64,000 bases of DNA from Squalus acanthias (GCA_030390025.1 JASTWF010000335.1:248001-312000); one strand, 5' to 3'. Counted from the first letter of the stretch, positions 12,951 through 24,892 are shown. Made by a program: numbers and translations. The notes: a model not told the origin generated them from the sequence alone.

Positions 12951-13350
12951 GTGGCCCACGTGGTGCGCTGCGGCGTTACACTCCCGCGCCCTGGCCCACG
13001 TGGTGCGCTGCGGCGTTCCACTCCCGCGCCCTGGCCCACGTGGTGCGCTGCGGCGTTACACTCCCGCGCCCTCGTCCACGTGGTGCGCTGCGGCGTTACA
13101 CTCCCGCGCCCTGGCCCACGTGGTGCGCTGCGGCGTTACACTCCCGCGCCCTGGCCCACGTGGTGCGCTGCGGCGTTCCACTCCCGCGCCCTCGTCCACG
13201 TGGTGCGCTGCGGCGTTCCACTCCCGCGCCCTGGCCCACGTGGTGCGCTGCGGCGTTCCACTCCCGCGCCCTCGTCCACGTGGTGCGCTGCGGCGTTACA
13301 CTCCCGCGCCCTGGCCCACGTGGTGCGCTGCGGCGTTCCACTGCCGCGCG
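12951..13350. repeat. 40-bp minisatellite, 10 units, one CCACGTGG per unit
   Basis: Unit tggtgcgctgcggcgtt(a/c)cactcccgcgccct(gg/cg)(c/t)ccacg. Confidence 0.95.
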
Positions 13351-13374
13351 CAGGCGCGGTGGGCGGGGCTCTTT

Positions 13375-13952
13375 GGTCTCCCCCAGCCCCCTTGATCTTT
13401 CCCCCATGGCCCTCCAAATTTCTCCCTTTTTAAGTATTTATCCAATTTTGAAAGCTCCTGTTGAATCTGCTTCCTTTCAGGCAGCGCATTCCAGAAAGCA
13501 ACAACTCGCTGCGTGGAAACATTTCTCCCCATCTCCCCCTCTGGTTCTTTTGCCAGTGACCTTTAAATCTGTGTCCTCTTTGTTTCCGACCCTCCCCCCC
13601 AGAGGAAACAATTTCTCCACATTTACTCTATCAAAACCCTTCATCATTTTGAACACCACCATTAAATCTCCCCTTAACCTTCTCTGCTCGAAGGAGAACA
13701 ATCCCAGCTTCTCCAGTCTCTCCACATAACTGAAGTCCCTCATCCCTGGTACCATTCTGGTCAATCTCCCCTTAACCTTCTCTGCTCCAAGGAGAACAAT
13801 CCCAGCTTCTCCAGTCTCTCCACATAACTGAAGTCCCTCATCCCTGGTACCATTCTGGTCAATCTCCCCTTAACCTTCTCTGCTCTAAGGAGAACAATCC
13901 CAGCTTTGCTAAGTCGCTCCACAGAACTGAAGTCCCTCATCCCTGGTACCTT
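13375..13952 (-). mobile_element. CR1 3' fragment with an internal triplication of about 98 bp
   Basis: TRMVPGMRDFSYVERLEKLGLFS.EQRRLRGD is encoded three times in tandem (units start near 13665, 13763 and 13861). Confidence 0.85.
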
Positions 13953-13984
13953 CTTTCCTAAGAGTACTTCCTGCAGTGAGCAGG

Positions 13985-16130
13985 TTTTTAAAAATTCGTT
14001 AATGGGACGTGGGCGTCGCTGGCAAGGCCAGCATTTATTGCCCATCCCTAATTGCCCTTGAGAAGGTGGTGGTGAGCCGCCTTCTTGAACCGCTGCAGTC
14101 CGTGTGGTGAAGGTACTCCCACTGTGCTGTTAGGGAGGGAGTTCCAGGATTTTGACCCAGCGACGATGAAGGATCGGCCGATATACTAAGTCAGGATGGT
14201 GTGTGACTTGGAGGGGAACTTGGAGGTGGTGGTGTTCCCATGCGCCTGCTGCCCTTGTCCTTCTAGGTGGAAGAGGTCGCGGGTTTGGGAGGTGCTGCCG
14301 AAGAAGCCTTGGCGAGTTGCTACAGTGCATCTTGCAGATGGTACACACTGCAGCCACGGTACGCCGGTGGTGGAGGGAGTGAATGTTTAAGGTGGTAGAT
14401 GGGGTGCCAATCAAGCGGGCTGCTTTGTCCTGGATGGTGTCGAGCTTCTTGAGTGTTGTTGGAGCTGCACTCATCCAGGCAAGTGGAGAGTATTCCATCA
14501 CACTCCTTACTTGTGCCTTATAGATGGTAGAAAGGCTTTGGGGAGTCAGGAAGTGAGACACTCGCCACAGAATACCCAGCCTCTGAGCTGCTCTTGTTGC
14601 CACAGTATTTATGTGGCTGGTCCAGTTAAGTTTCTGGTCAATGGTAACCCCCCCAGGATGTTGATGGTGGGGGATTCGGCGATGGTAATGGCATTGAATG
14701 TCAAGGAGCAGTGGTTAGACTCTCACTTGTTGGAGATAGTCATTGCCTGGCACTTCTGTGGCGCGAATGTTACCTGCCACTTATCAGCCCAAGCCTGAAC
14801 GTCGTCCAGGTCTTGTTGAATGCGGGCATGGACTGCTTCATTATCTGAGGAGTTGTGAATGGCGCTGACACTGTGCAGTCATCAGCGAACATCCCCATTT
14901 CTTACCTTATGTTGGAGGGAAGGTCATTGATGAAGTAGCTGAAGATGGTTGGGCCGAGGACACTGCCCTGAGGAACTCCTGCCGCGATGTCCTGGGGCTG
15001 TGATGATTGACCTTCAACCACCACAACCATCTTCCTTTGTGCTTGGCTATGACTCCAGCCACTGGAGAGTTCCCCCCCCCACCCGATTCCCATGTTTGGA
15101 CCAAGGCTGTAATGAGGTCGGGAGCCGAGTGGTCTTGGCAGAACCCAAACTGGGCATCAGTGAGCAGGTGCCGCTTGATAGCGCTGTCGATGACACCTTC
15201 CATCACTTTGCTGATGATTGAGAGTAGACTGATGGGGATTGGATTTGTCCTGCTTTTTGTGGACAGGACATACCTGGGCAGTTTTCCACATTGTCGGATA
15301 GATGCCAGTATTGTAGCTGTACTGGAACAGCCTGACTAGAGGCGCGGCTAATTCTGGAGCACAAGTCTTCAGCACGATAGCCGGGATCCATAGCCTTTGC
15401 TGTATCCAGTGCGCTCAGCCGTTTCTTGATGTCATGTGGAGTGAATCGAACTGGCTGAAGACTGGCTTCTGTGATGGTGGGGACCTCAGGAGTAGGCCGA
15501 TATGGATCATCCACTCAGCACTTCTGGCTGAAGATGGTTGCAAACACTTCAGCCTTGTCTTTTGCACTCACGTGCTGGGCGCCACCATCATTGAGGATGG
15601 GGATATTCTTGGAGCCTCCTCCTTTCGTTAGTTGTCCACCACCATTCACGACTGGATGTGGCAGGACTGCAGAGCTTTGATCTGATCCGTTGATTGTGGG
15701 ATCGCTTAGCCCTGTCTATAGCATGCTGCTCCCGCTTTTTAGCATGCATGTAGTCCTGTGTTGCAGCTTCCCCAGGTTGGCACCTCATTTTTAGGTACGC
15801 CTGGTGCTGCTCCTGGCATGCTCTTTCTTGAACCAGGGTTGGTCCCTTGGCTTGATGGTAATGGTAGAGTGAGGGATCTGCCGGGCCATGAAATTACAGA
15901 TTGTGTTGGAAGAATTTGGGACATTGGCTGAAAGGTATGATTCTGTGAGTATGACGATGTCAGGCTGTTGCTTTGACTAGTCTGTGGAACAGCTCTCCCA
16001 ATTTTGGCACAAGTCCCCAGATGTTGGTGAGGAGGACTTTGTTTGATTGGGCTGGGTGTACCGTTGCCATGTCTGTAGCCGGTGCTGAGGTCGATGCCGG
16101 GCGGTCTGTCTGGTTTCATTCTTAGTGTTT
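13985..16130 (-). mobile_element. Degenerate non-LTR retrotransposon of a second family (CR1/L2-group RT), with 3' end
   Basis: [47 protein letters not shown] and IYKAQVRSVMEYSPLAW...SLHHRRTVAA. The 3' UTR gggcaattagggatgggcaataaatgc recurs at about 19082 and 33928. Confidence 0.85.
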
Positions 16131-16159
16131 CGTCGTGGTTTTTTTACAACTGAGTGACT

Positions 16160-16435
16160 TGCTAAGCCATTTCAGAGGGCAGGTAAGCATGGATCTGGAG
16201 TCACATATAGAGGCCAGACCAAGTAAGGACAGCAGATTTCATCCCTAAAGGACATTAGTAAATCCGATAGTTTTGTGGTGACCATTACTGATACTAGCTT
16301 TTTATTCCAGATTTATTTAATTAACTGAATTGAAATACCCCAGCTGCCGTGGTGGGATTTGAACTCACATCTTTGGATCATTGGTCCAGGCTTCTGGATT
16401 ACTAGCCCCGTGACATTACCACTATGCTACCATTC
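16160..16435 (-). mobile_element. tRNA-related SINE fragment
   Basis: Minus-strand head tagcatagtggtaatgtcacggggctagtaatccaga...gagttcaaatcccacc, similar to the plus-strand copy at about 33015-33110. Confidence 0.6.
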
Positions 16436-16660
16436 CCACCGTTGCCCAAAAGTTAAATTTTCAGCCTTAAAATCATTCCCTTCTCTGCTGCACTTCCCAA
16501 CAGATCTCTTCTCTGGCCCGTCCAGCCAGATCTTTTGCCCAGGAACACCCAGTTTCTTCTCGACAGGTTGTCTGTTGACAGTGGAAGATGGCTATACTTG
16601 CCCTGTGCGAGTCTGCCATGAATCAAACTTACGGCATTGAGCGGAAGCAGTTTATTCAAT

Positions 16661-17281
16661 GGGCTGGATTTTCATTGACCCGTGGAGGCGGGTTTGGAGG
16701 CGTATGGGGGGTTAAAATTGCGAAAACTGGCGGGCGGGCACAAGTCCGCCTCCATCCCGCCTCCACGCAATTTTCCTGAAATCGTGTCTCCTGGTCCCGA
16801 CTCCATCCCGCCTCTAAGAGGCGGGATAGGCTGTTAAGGCCCTTAACAAGCACTAAATTGGCTCTATAATGCCATTTTGAAAGGCCTTTGTGATTTTAAC
16901 CCTTGTTCTACGTGAAGCACACCTGTTCTGAAGCACGATTGTGAAACCTGGCGGGAGCACATTTGGCTGACTGGGAGACATATCTGGATGGATGGATGAG
17001 GAGTCTCTCTCTCTCTCTGTGGTGGTGTAAAAATATCTGCTTATTTTGCATCCAGGTCCTCTCACAGCAAAGGCCAGGCAGTCTCTGAAGACCTTCAATG
17101 CAGCAGCAATGATGACATCATCAGAGGCGACTTTCAGACTGAAACCACTAATTGGTTCATGGGTTCCCACATGCTGGAACTCAATTGCCCAATTAGGTGA
17201 AAATTGCATCAATCTCCCACATCCAATTGCAGTCGGGTGGATAACACGACCCCAACCCGCCCCAGTATCAAAATCCAGCCC
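16661..17281. mobile_element. Non-autonomous DNA transposon (PIF/Harbinger-type MITE), copy 1
   Basis: 12-bp TIRs GGGCTGGATTTT...AAAATCCAGCCC and a 3-bp TSD AAT. It is near-identical to 35591-36207. Confidence 0.85.
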
Positions 17282-17493
17282 AATGGTGTTCCCATTATCG
17301 TGCAGGAATAGTCCTGCACAACTGTGAAAGGGAGCCTTGGAAATATTACGGAAAGCACATGTTTGGAGAAGAATTCAAAAATAGCTAATTGGTTCAAAGT
17401 ACTCCTCCATTATATATTATTAAAAAAATGTTTATGAAGATATTTTTGATGGTGGGAACAACACCACCTGCACGTTCTCCTCCAAGTCACACA

Positions 17494-18939
17494 CATAGAA
17501 CATAGAACAGTACAGCACAGTACAGGCCCTTCGGCCCTCGATGTTGTGCCGAGCATTGTCCGAGACCAAGATCAAGCTATCACACTCCCTATCACTCTGG
17601 TGTGCTCCATGTGCTTATCCAATAACCGCTTGAAAGTTCCTAAAGTGTCCGACTCCACTATCACAGCAGGCAGTCCATTCCACACCCCAACCACTCTCTG
17701 AGTAAAGAATCTACCTCGGACATCCCTTCTATATCTCCCCCCATGCACCTTATAGTTATGCCCCCTTGTAACAGCTGCCTCTACCCGAGGAAATAGTCTC
17801 TGAACATCCACTCTATCTATCCCCCTCATCATCTTATAAACCTCTATTAAGTCGCCTCTCATCCTCCTCCGCTCTAAAGAGAAAAGCCCCAACTCCCTCA
17901 ATCTTTCCTCATAAGACCTCCCCCCCAAACCAGGCAGCATCCTGGTAAATCTCCTTTGCACTCTTTCCAATGCTTCCACGTCCTTCCTATAGTGAGGTGA
18001 CCAGAACTGCACACAATATTCCAAATGTGGTCTCACCAAGGTCCTGTACAGTTGCAGCATAACCTCACGGTTCTTAAACTCAAACCCTCTGTTAATAAAC
18101 GCCAACACACCATAGGCCTTCTTTACTGCTCTATCCACTTGAGTGGCAACCTTCAGAGATCTGTGGATATGAACCCCCAGATCCCTCTGCTCCTCCACGT
18201 TCCTCAGAACCCTGCCGTTGACCCTGTAATCCTTATTCAAATTTGCCCTACCAAAATGAATCACCTCGCACTTATCAGGGTTAAATTCCATCTGCCATTT
18301 TTCGGCCCAGCTCTGCATCCTATCAATGTCTCTTTGCAGCCTACAACTGCCCTCCACCTCATCCACTACTCCACCAATCTTGGTGTCATCAGCAAATTTA
18401 CTGATCCACCCTTCAGTCCCCTCCTCCAAGTCATTGATAAAAATCACAAACAGCAGAGGACCCAGCGCCGACCCCTGTGGCACACCGCTGGTAACTGGTC
18501 TCCAGTCCGAAAATGTTCCATCCACCACCACCCTCTGCCTTCTATGAGATAGCCAGTTACTTATCCAATCGGCCAAATTTCCCTCTATCCCACAACTCCT
18601 TACTTTCTTCATGAGACGACCATGGGGAACCTTATCAAACGCCTTACTAAAATCCATGTATACGACATCAACTGCTCTACCTTCATCTACACACTTAGTT
18701 ACCTCCTCAAAGAATTCAATCAAATTTGTTACGCAAGACTTACCCTTCACGAATCCGTGTTGACTATCCCTGATTAAGTTGCCCCTTTCCAAATGGTCAT
18801 AAATCCTATCCCTCAGGACCTTTTCCATTATCTTACCAACCACCGAAGTAAGACTAACCGGCCTATAATTACCAGGGTCATTCCTATTTCCTTTCTTGAA
18901 GAGAGGAACAACATTCGCCACTCTCCAGTCCTCTGGCAT
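17494..18939 (-). mobile_element. Young 5'-truncated CR1 with an uninterrupted RT ORF, inserted into the 3' end of another LINE
   Basis: Open frame PEDWRVANV...FADDTK...stop at 17572, with a catagaa repeat tail. CAT appears at both junctions. The host element (17450-17493 plus 18940-19152) rejoins across it. Confidence 0.92.
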
Positions 18940-19179
18940 CCTGACTCGGAAATATATCGGCCGTTCCTTCATCGTCGCTGGGTCAAAATCCTGGAACTCG
19001 CTCCCTAACAGCACTGTGGGAGTACCTTCACCACACGGACTGCAGCGGTCGAAGAAGGCGGCTCACCACCACCTTCTCCAGGGGCAATTAGGAATGGGCA
19101 ATAAATGCTGGCCTTGCCTTCAATGCCCACATCCCGTGAATGAATAAAAAAATATACATCTATGATCTGGACATGGGTA

Positions 19180-20145
19180 TACAGGGCTTAATTTTAAAGT
19201 TCCGAAACTCGGAAATGTAGTAAACAATGAGGATAGTAACAGACTTCGGGACATACAGAGACTGGTGAAATGGGCAGACACATGGCAGATGAAAATTAAC
19301 ACAGAGAAGTGTGAAGTGATACATTTTGGTGGGAAGAATGAGGAAAGGCAATTTTAAAGGGGGTGCAGGAACAGAGAGACCTGGGGGTGTACGTACACAA
19401 GTCTTTGAGGGTGGCAGGACAAGTTGAGAAGGCTGTTCAGAAAGCATAAAGGATCCTTGACTTTATTAATAGAGGAATAGAGTACAAAAGCAAGGAAGTT
19501 ATGCTGAACCTTTATAAAACACTGGTTCGGCCCCAGGCTGGAGTAGTATTACCAATTCTGAGCACGTTAGGAAGGATGTTAAGGCCTTAGAGAGGGTGCA
19601 GAAGAGATTTACTAGAATGGTACCAGGGATGAGGGAGTTCAGTTAGGTGGAGAGACTGGAGAAGCTGGGATTGTTCTCCTTAGAGCAGAGAAGGTTAAGG
19701 GGAGATTGACCAGAATGGTACCAGGGATGAGGGACTTCCGTTATGTGGAGAGACTGAGAGCAGAGAAGGTTAAGAGGAGATTTGATCGAGGTGTTTAAAA
19801 TCATGAGCGGTTCAGATAGAGTAAATAAGGAGAAACTAGTTCCAGTGGCAGGAGGGTCAGTAACCAAAGTATACAGATGGGTGATTGGCAAAAGAACCAG
19901 AGGCCACAACACAGCGAGTCGTTGTGATCTGGAATGCGCTGCCTGAAATGGGCGGTGGAAGCAGATTTAATATTAACTTTCAAAAGGGGAATTGGATAAA
20001 TTCTTGAGGGGGAAAAATTTACAGGGCTATGGGGCAGGAGCGCGGCGGTGGGGAGTGGGACTAATTGGATAAGTCTTTCAAAGAGTCGGCACTGGCGCGA
20101 TGAGCCGAATGGCCTCCTTCTGTGTTGTATCATTGTAAGATCTTC
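19180..20145 (+). mobile_element. Degenerate CR1 3' fragment with an internal duplication
   Basis: W.D.WQM..N.EKCEV.HFG and LEKLGLFSLEQRRLRGD. The segment agaatggtaccagggatgagg...ggagatt occurs twice (about 19613 and 19711). Confidence 0.8.
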
Positions 20146-20511
20146 ATAAGATTACCACCCTCATTATCTTTCATCCACAAACGCCCAACAAAATGGCTCT
20201 CCTGGCTGTCGGCCATTTTGATAACGACACCAACAGGGAGCCTTCTTGGAAGGAACTCCATTGAACGCCAGGAAGGTGCGACTTCAGGCTGGCTTGAGCT
20301 GCTGAGGAGCCACTCGACCACGGCCCCACCCCAGGTTCGGGTGGTTCTGGATCGTCTGAGGAGCCTCTCAATAGAGCTTCACCTGCAAGCACAAGGCTGT
20401 TCCTCTCCCCGTTGATCTCACCCCGAGCCCCAGCCGAGCCGTCTCCCACGAGGGGGCCAGGGGCCCCCGATCTGTCGCATCTCTGTGAAGGCGGGATATG
20501 CGACTTTCTTT

Positions 20512-21645
20512 TGTGCACAGTTCTGGTCTCCATATCACACTTGGAGTTACTGTGCACAGTTCTGGTCTCCATATCACACTTGGAGTTACTGTGCACAGTT
20601 CTGGTCTCCATATCACACTTGGAGTTACTGTGCACAGTTCTGGTCTCCATATCACACTTGGAGTTACTGTGCACAGTTCTGGTCTCCATATCACACTTGG
20701 AGTTACTGTGCACAGTTCTGGTCTCCATCTCACACTTGGAGTACTGTGCACAGTTCTGGTCTCCATATCACACTAGGTGTTACTGTGCACAGTTCTGGTC
20801 TCCATCTCACACTTGGAGTACTGTGCACAGTTCTGGTCTCCATATCACACTGGGAGTACTGTGCACAGTTCTGGTCTCCATATCACACTGGGAGTACTGT
20901 GCACAGTTCTGGTCTCCACATCACACTTGGAGTTACTGTGCACAGTTCTGGTCTCCACATCACACTGGGAGTACTGTGCACAGTTCTGGTCTCCACATCA
21001 CACTTGGAGTTACTGTGCACAGTTCTGGTCTCCACATCACACTGGGAGTTACTGTGCACAGTTCTGGTCTCCATATCACACTTGGAGTTACTGTGCACAG
21101 TTCTGGTCTCCATATCACACTGGGAGTTACTGTGCACAGTTCTGGTCTCCATATCACACTGGGAGTTACTGTGCACAGTTCTGGTCTCCATATCACACTT
21201 GGAGTTACTGTGCACAGTTCTGGTCTCCATATCACACTGGGAGTACTGTGCACAGTTCTGGTCTCCATATCACACTTGGAGTTACTGTGCACAGTTCTGG
21301 TCTCCATATCACACTGGGAGTACTGTGCACAGTTCTGGTCTCCATCTCACACTTGGAGTACTGTGCACAGTTCTGGTCTCCATCTCACACTTGGAGTACT
21401 GTGCACAGTTCTGGTCTCCATATCACACTGGGAGTACTGTGCACAGTTCTGGTCTCCATATCACACTGGGAGTACTGTGCACAGTTCTGGTCTCCATCTC
21501 ACACTTGGAGTGTTGTGCACAGTTCTGGTCTCCATCTCACACTTGGAGTACTGTGCACAGTTCTGGTCTCCATATCACACTGGGAGTACTGTGCACAGTT
21601 CTGGTCTCCATATCACACTGGGAGTACTGTGCACAGTTCTGGTCT
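20512..21645 (+). repeat. 38/39-bp minisatellite (about 30 units) derived from the CR1 'LEYCAQFWSPY' coding motif
   Basis: Unit tgtgcacagttctggtctccatatcacact(t/g)ggag(t)tac. The last unit runs directly into CR1 sequence (YKNNVEAMEKV...LGLFSLEKRRLRG). Confidence 0.93.
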
Positions 21646-22150
21646 CATTACAAAAATAATGTAGAGGCAATGGAGAAGGTGCATGAAATATTTACAAGTA
21701 TGATACCAGAACTGAGAGGTAAGAACCATCAGGAAAGTTTGAACAGGCTGGGGCTCTTTTCTCTAGAAAAGAGAAGGCTGAGAGGTAACCAGATAGAAGT
21801 CTTCAAAATTATGAAGGGGGTTCGATAGGGTAGACGTAAAGAAGATGTTTCCACTTGTGGGTAAGACCAGAACTAGGGGGCCATCAATATAAGATAGTCA
21901 CTAATAAATGCAATCGGGAATTCAGGAGAAACTTCCTTACCCAGAGAGTGGCGAGAATGTGGAACTCGCTACCACAGAGAGTGGGTGAGGCGAATAGAAT
22001 AGCTGCATTTAAGGGGAAGCTGGATAAACACATGAGGGAGAAAGGAATAGAAGGATTTGCTGATGGGGTTGGATGAAGTGAAGAGGGTGGGAGGAGGCTC
22101 GTGTGGAGCAGAAACCCCAGAATGCACTGTTTCTATGTAATTGTCTGTAA
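21620..22150 (+). mobile_element. CR1 3' fragment
   Basis: EYCAQFWSHYK...RRNFLTQRVARMWNSLPQ. Confidence 0.85.
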
Positions 22151-22274
22151 ATTTCATCAGACCAAGATCTTTAGTCCAGAAGAGTGCTTTCAGTTGCTTA
22201 ACGATGTCAATAATTTTATCCCAGTAATTCTCCTCTTCATTAAACAGTTGCCAAGCAGACAAAGCACGTCACGA

Positions 22275-22563
22275 TATCTCCGTACATGTAACTTTAATAT
22301 TTAAATATATACAGAGCGCCTCTTCTCTCAGCAGGGGTATAAACACTCGAAGCATTTTCGCATCGATGGACATTTTCTGTTAAACCTGCTATTGCTGCGT
22401 TAAAGGCAAACGTTTCATTTCCCCACAGCGAGGCTCACGGGGTTTTTACCGTCCGTCTCCCGCCACCTGAGTAAAGCAACAGTGCATGTGTGTTTTTTTT
22501 CTTTCTTTCTAGGGCCTGGCATCGAAACTCCTGGGCGTCGCATCGTCTCAGGCCTCTTCATTA
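22275..22563 (-). other. ms4a: Putative terminal exon of the MS4A-like gene: TAA stop (22563-22561) and 3'UTR
   Basis: Acceptor cttgtcctttttaaacag|TAA. Unique sequence with an ATTAAA poly(A) signal variant at 22298-22293 on the minus strand. The 3' end is approximate. Confidence 0.62.
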
Positions 22564-22879
22564 CTGTTTAAAAAGGACAAGCCATGAATTAGCACGATCT
22601 ACAACGGAGAGAGCGCGTTGATTGTTAAAACAGGCGTGGGAGTCACATCGGGAAGGGTCCAGTGGCCCCATCAGGCTTCCTGCACCTACTGGAGTGCTCT
22701 TGCACAGTCCATGGGGGGTGTGGTGGAGGGAAACACACACACACACACACACACACACGTACAAAAACAGGCGGTTTCGCATCGGTTGCCTGTTATACAC
22801 TCCATCCCGTCAGTTCCGTTGACGACAGTAGAGCCGAACATCGGGCATGTCCTGTAACAATCAGCCAATGTGATTCCGC

Positions 22880-23945
22880 CTGTCGTACCATGGAGCACTC
22901 CCCTCCTCTTCTTTCAATAGCAGCCGTGGGATCTTTTAACTCCATCTGAGAGGGCAGACGGGGCCACGGTTTAACCGAAAGACGGCACCTCCGACAGTGC
23001 ACCACTTCCTCAGTACTGCCCTGTCGGTGGGGCAATACTGAGGAAGAGCTGCACTGTCGGAGGGGCAGTACTGAGGAAGAGCTGCACTGTCGGAGGGGCA
23101 GTACTGAGGGAGTGCTGCACTGTCGGAGGGGCAGTACTGAGGAAGAGCTGCACTGTCGGAGGGGCAGTACTGAGGAAGAGCTGCACTGTCGGAGGGGCAG
23201 TACTGAGGAAGAGCTGCACTGTCGGAGGGGCAGTACTGAGGGAGTGCTGCACTGTCAGAGGGGCAGTACTGAGGGAGCGCTGCACTGTTGGAGGGGCAGT
23301 ACTGAGGGTGTGCTGCACTGTTGGAGGGCCAGTACTGAGGGAGCGCTGCACTGTCGGAGGGGCAGTACTGAGGGAGCGCTGCACTGTCGGAGGGGCAGTA
23401 CTGAGGGAGCGTCGCACTGTCGGAGGGGCAGTACTGAGGGAGCGCTGCACTGTCGGAGGGCCAGTACTGAGGGAGCGCCGCACTGTCGGAGGGGCAGTAC
23501 TGAGGGAGCGCCGCACTGTCGGAGGGCCAGTACTGAGGGAGCGCTGCACTGTCGGAGGGGCAGTACTGAGGGAGCGCTGCGCTATCGGAGGGGCAGTACT
23601 GAGGGAGCATTGTACTGTCGGAGGTGCCGTCTTTCGGATGAGACGTTAAACCGAGGTTCCCCTTCTGCCCTCTCGGATGGACGTTAAAGATATCACGGCC
23701 ACTACTGGAAGAAGAGCAGGGCAGTTCTCCCCTGTGTCCTGGGGTAATATTTATCACTCAACCAAAATCACTAAAGCAGATGGTCTGGTCATTTATCACA
23801 TTGCTGTTTGTGGGAGCTTGCTGTGTGCAAATCGTCTGCTGCATTTCCTACATTACAACAGCGACTGCCCTTCAAAAGTACTTCATTGGCTACTAAAGCA
23901 CCTCGGGACATCCTGAGGTTGTGAAAGGCGCTATGTAAATGGGAG
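22880..23945. mobile_element. Two divergent Deu-domain SINE halves joined by a 33-bp minisatellite array
   Basis: Minus-strand Deu segment at about 22900-23020, plus-strand 33-bp array at 23025-23620, then plus-strand Deu core ggaggtgccgtctttcggatgagacgttaaaccgagg through the 3' end gtgaaaggcgctat (about 23935). Confidence 0.8.
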
Positions 23946-24255
23946 ATCTTCCTCGCCTGACCCTAATATCTCAATCTTTGTTCCTCTCCCGATCACCTCC
24001 ACTAATTGCAGGCGTGGCAGTAAAATCCCCAGCCTGGTGACAAAACGGTTCACGACGCTCTCTGTTTACATGTGGAAAGACCCGGACACAGGAACAGGAG
24101 GAGGCCATTCAGCCCCTCGGGCCGGATCAGCCGTTCGGTGAGATCACGGCTGATCTGCGACCTAACTCCTCGCAGCCGCCTTTTCCCCTCATCCCTTAAC
24201 ACCTTTGTGAGAAGTCGCACAACACCAGGTTATAGTCCAACAGCTTTATTTGAAA

Positions 24256-24292
24256 TCACAAGCTTTCGGAGCGCTGCTCCTTCGTCAGGTGA
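24256..24292 (-). ncRNA. Minimal type I hammerhead ribozyme motif
   Basis: Exact reverse complement of 24514-24550. Confidence 0.8.
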
Positions 24293-24513
24293 AGTGAAGA
24301 GATGCATATAGGCACAGCATATATAGTCAGAGAACACTGCCAGGTGACTACAGTTAATCTTTCTAACTGCCCTTTATCACACCTCGGCAGACCTGTGATT
24401 GCCGTGATTATCTCTCTGCCGAGGTGCGATAAAGGGCAGTTAGAAAGATTAACTGTAGTCACCTGGCAGTGTTCTCTGACTATATATGCTGTGCCTATAT
24501 GCATCTCTTCACT

Positions 24514-24550
24514 TCACCTGACGAAGGAGCAGCGCTCCGAAAGCTTGTGA
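24514..24550 (+). ncRNA. Minimal type I hammerhead ribozyme motif
   Basis: UCAC-CUGACGA-a-GGAGC agc GCUCC-GAAA-GCUU-GUGA: both conserved core boxes, a 5-bp stem II, a 4-bp stem I and a palindromic AGCU in place of stem III. Confidence 0.8.
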
Positions 24551-24892
24551 TTTCAAATAAAGCTGTTGGACTATAACCTGGTGTTGTGCGACTTCTCACA
24601 TTTGTCCACCCCAGTCCAACACCGGCATCTCCACATCATCATCTTTAACACCTTTGGTTGACAAAAATCTATTAATCTCTGATTTGAAATGAACAATTGA
24701 CCCAGCATCAACTCCTGTTTGTGTGTCGAAGTGTTTCTTAACTTCACTCCTGAAATGCCTGGCTCTAATTTTTCGGTAATCATTCTGGTAAATCTACACT
24801 GCACTCCCTCCAAGGCCAGTATATCCTTCCGATTTTCCACACCGCCTCTCTCCCGTCTACCCTCCAGTGGCCGCGACCCAGCATCGACTTAC

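Larger units (their letters stand above)
12760..13372. promoter_or_regulatory. CpG-island promoter with CRE-like and CCAAT motifs, GC box and a 10-fold E-box VNTR
   Basis: High CpG density. ttacgtcattgg at about 12912-12923 reads TGACGTAA and CCAAT on the minus strand. CACGTG recurs every 40 bp from 12957 to 13317, and gggcgggg lies at about 13361. Confidence 0.7.
24206..24644. mobile_element. Non-autonomous Penelope-like fold-back element (inverted pseudo-LTRs plus tail) inside a CR1 fragment
   Basis: 186-bp inverted arms at 24206-24391 and 24415-24600 (one visible mismatch), then a tail tttgtccaccccagtccaacacc. TTAACACCTTT is duplicated at 24196 and 24645. The same ends flank the GIY-YIG element at 31658-32970. 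Confidence 0.85.

Noticed and set aside
12951..13350. CRISPR-like 40-bp periodicity
   Set aside because: Head-to-tail repeats without spacers.
16480..16570. Possible plus-strand exon (cttcccaacag|...cag|gttg)
   Set aside because: Weak donor, no recognisable peptide and no partner exons.
20412..21828. Repetitive Cys/His/Trp ORFs, or a CRISPR-like array
   Set aside because: Contiguous 38/39-bp units with no unique spacers and no cas genes, in eukaryotic DNA; derived from CR1.
22733..22758. (CA)n microsatellite
   Set aside because: Ordinary short tandem repeat.
24256..24550. Mirror 82-aa ORFs on both strands
   Set aside because: A consequence of the palindrome, not coding.
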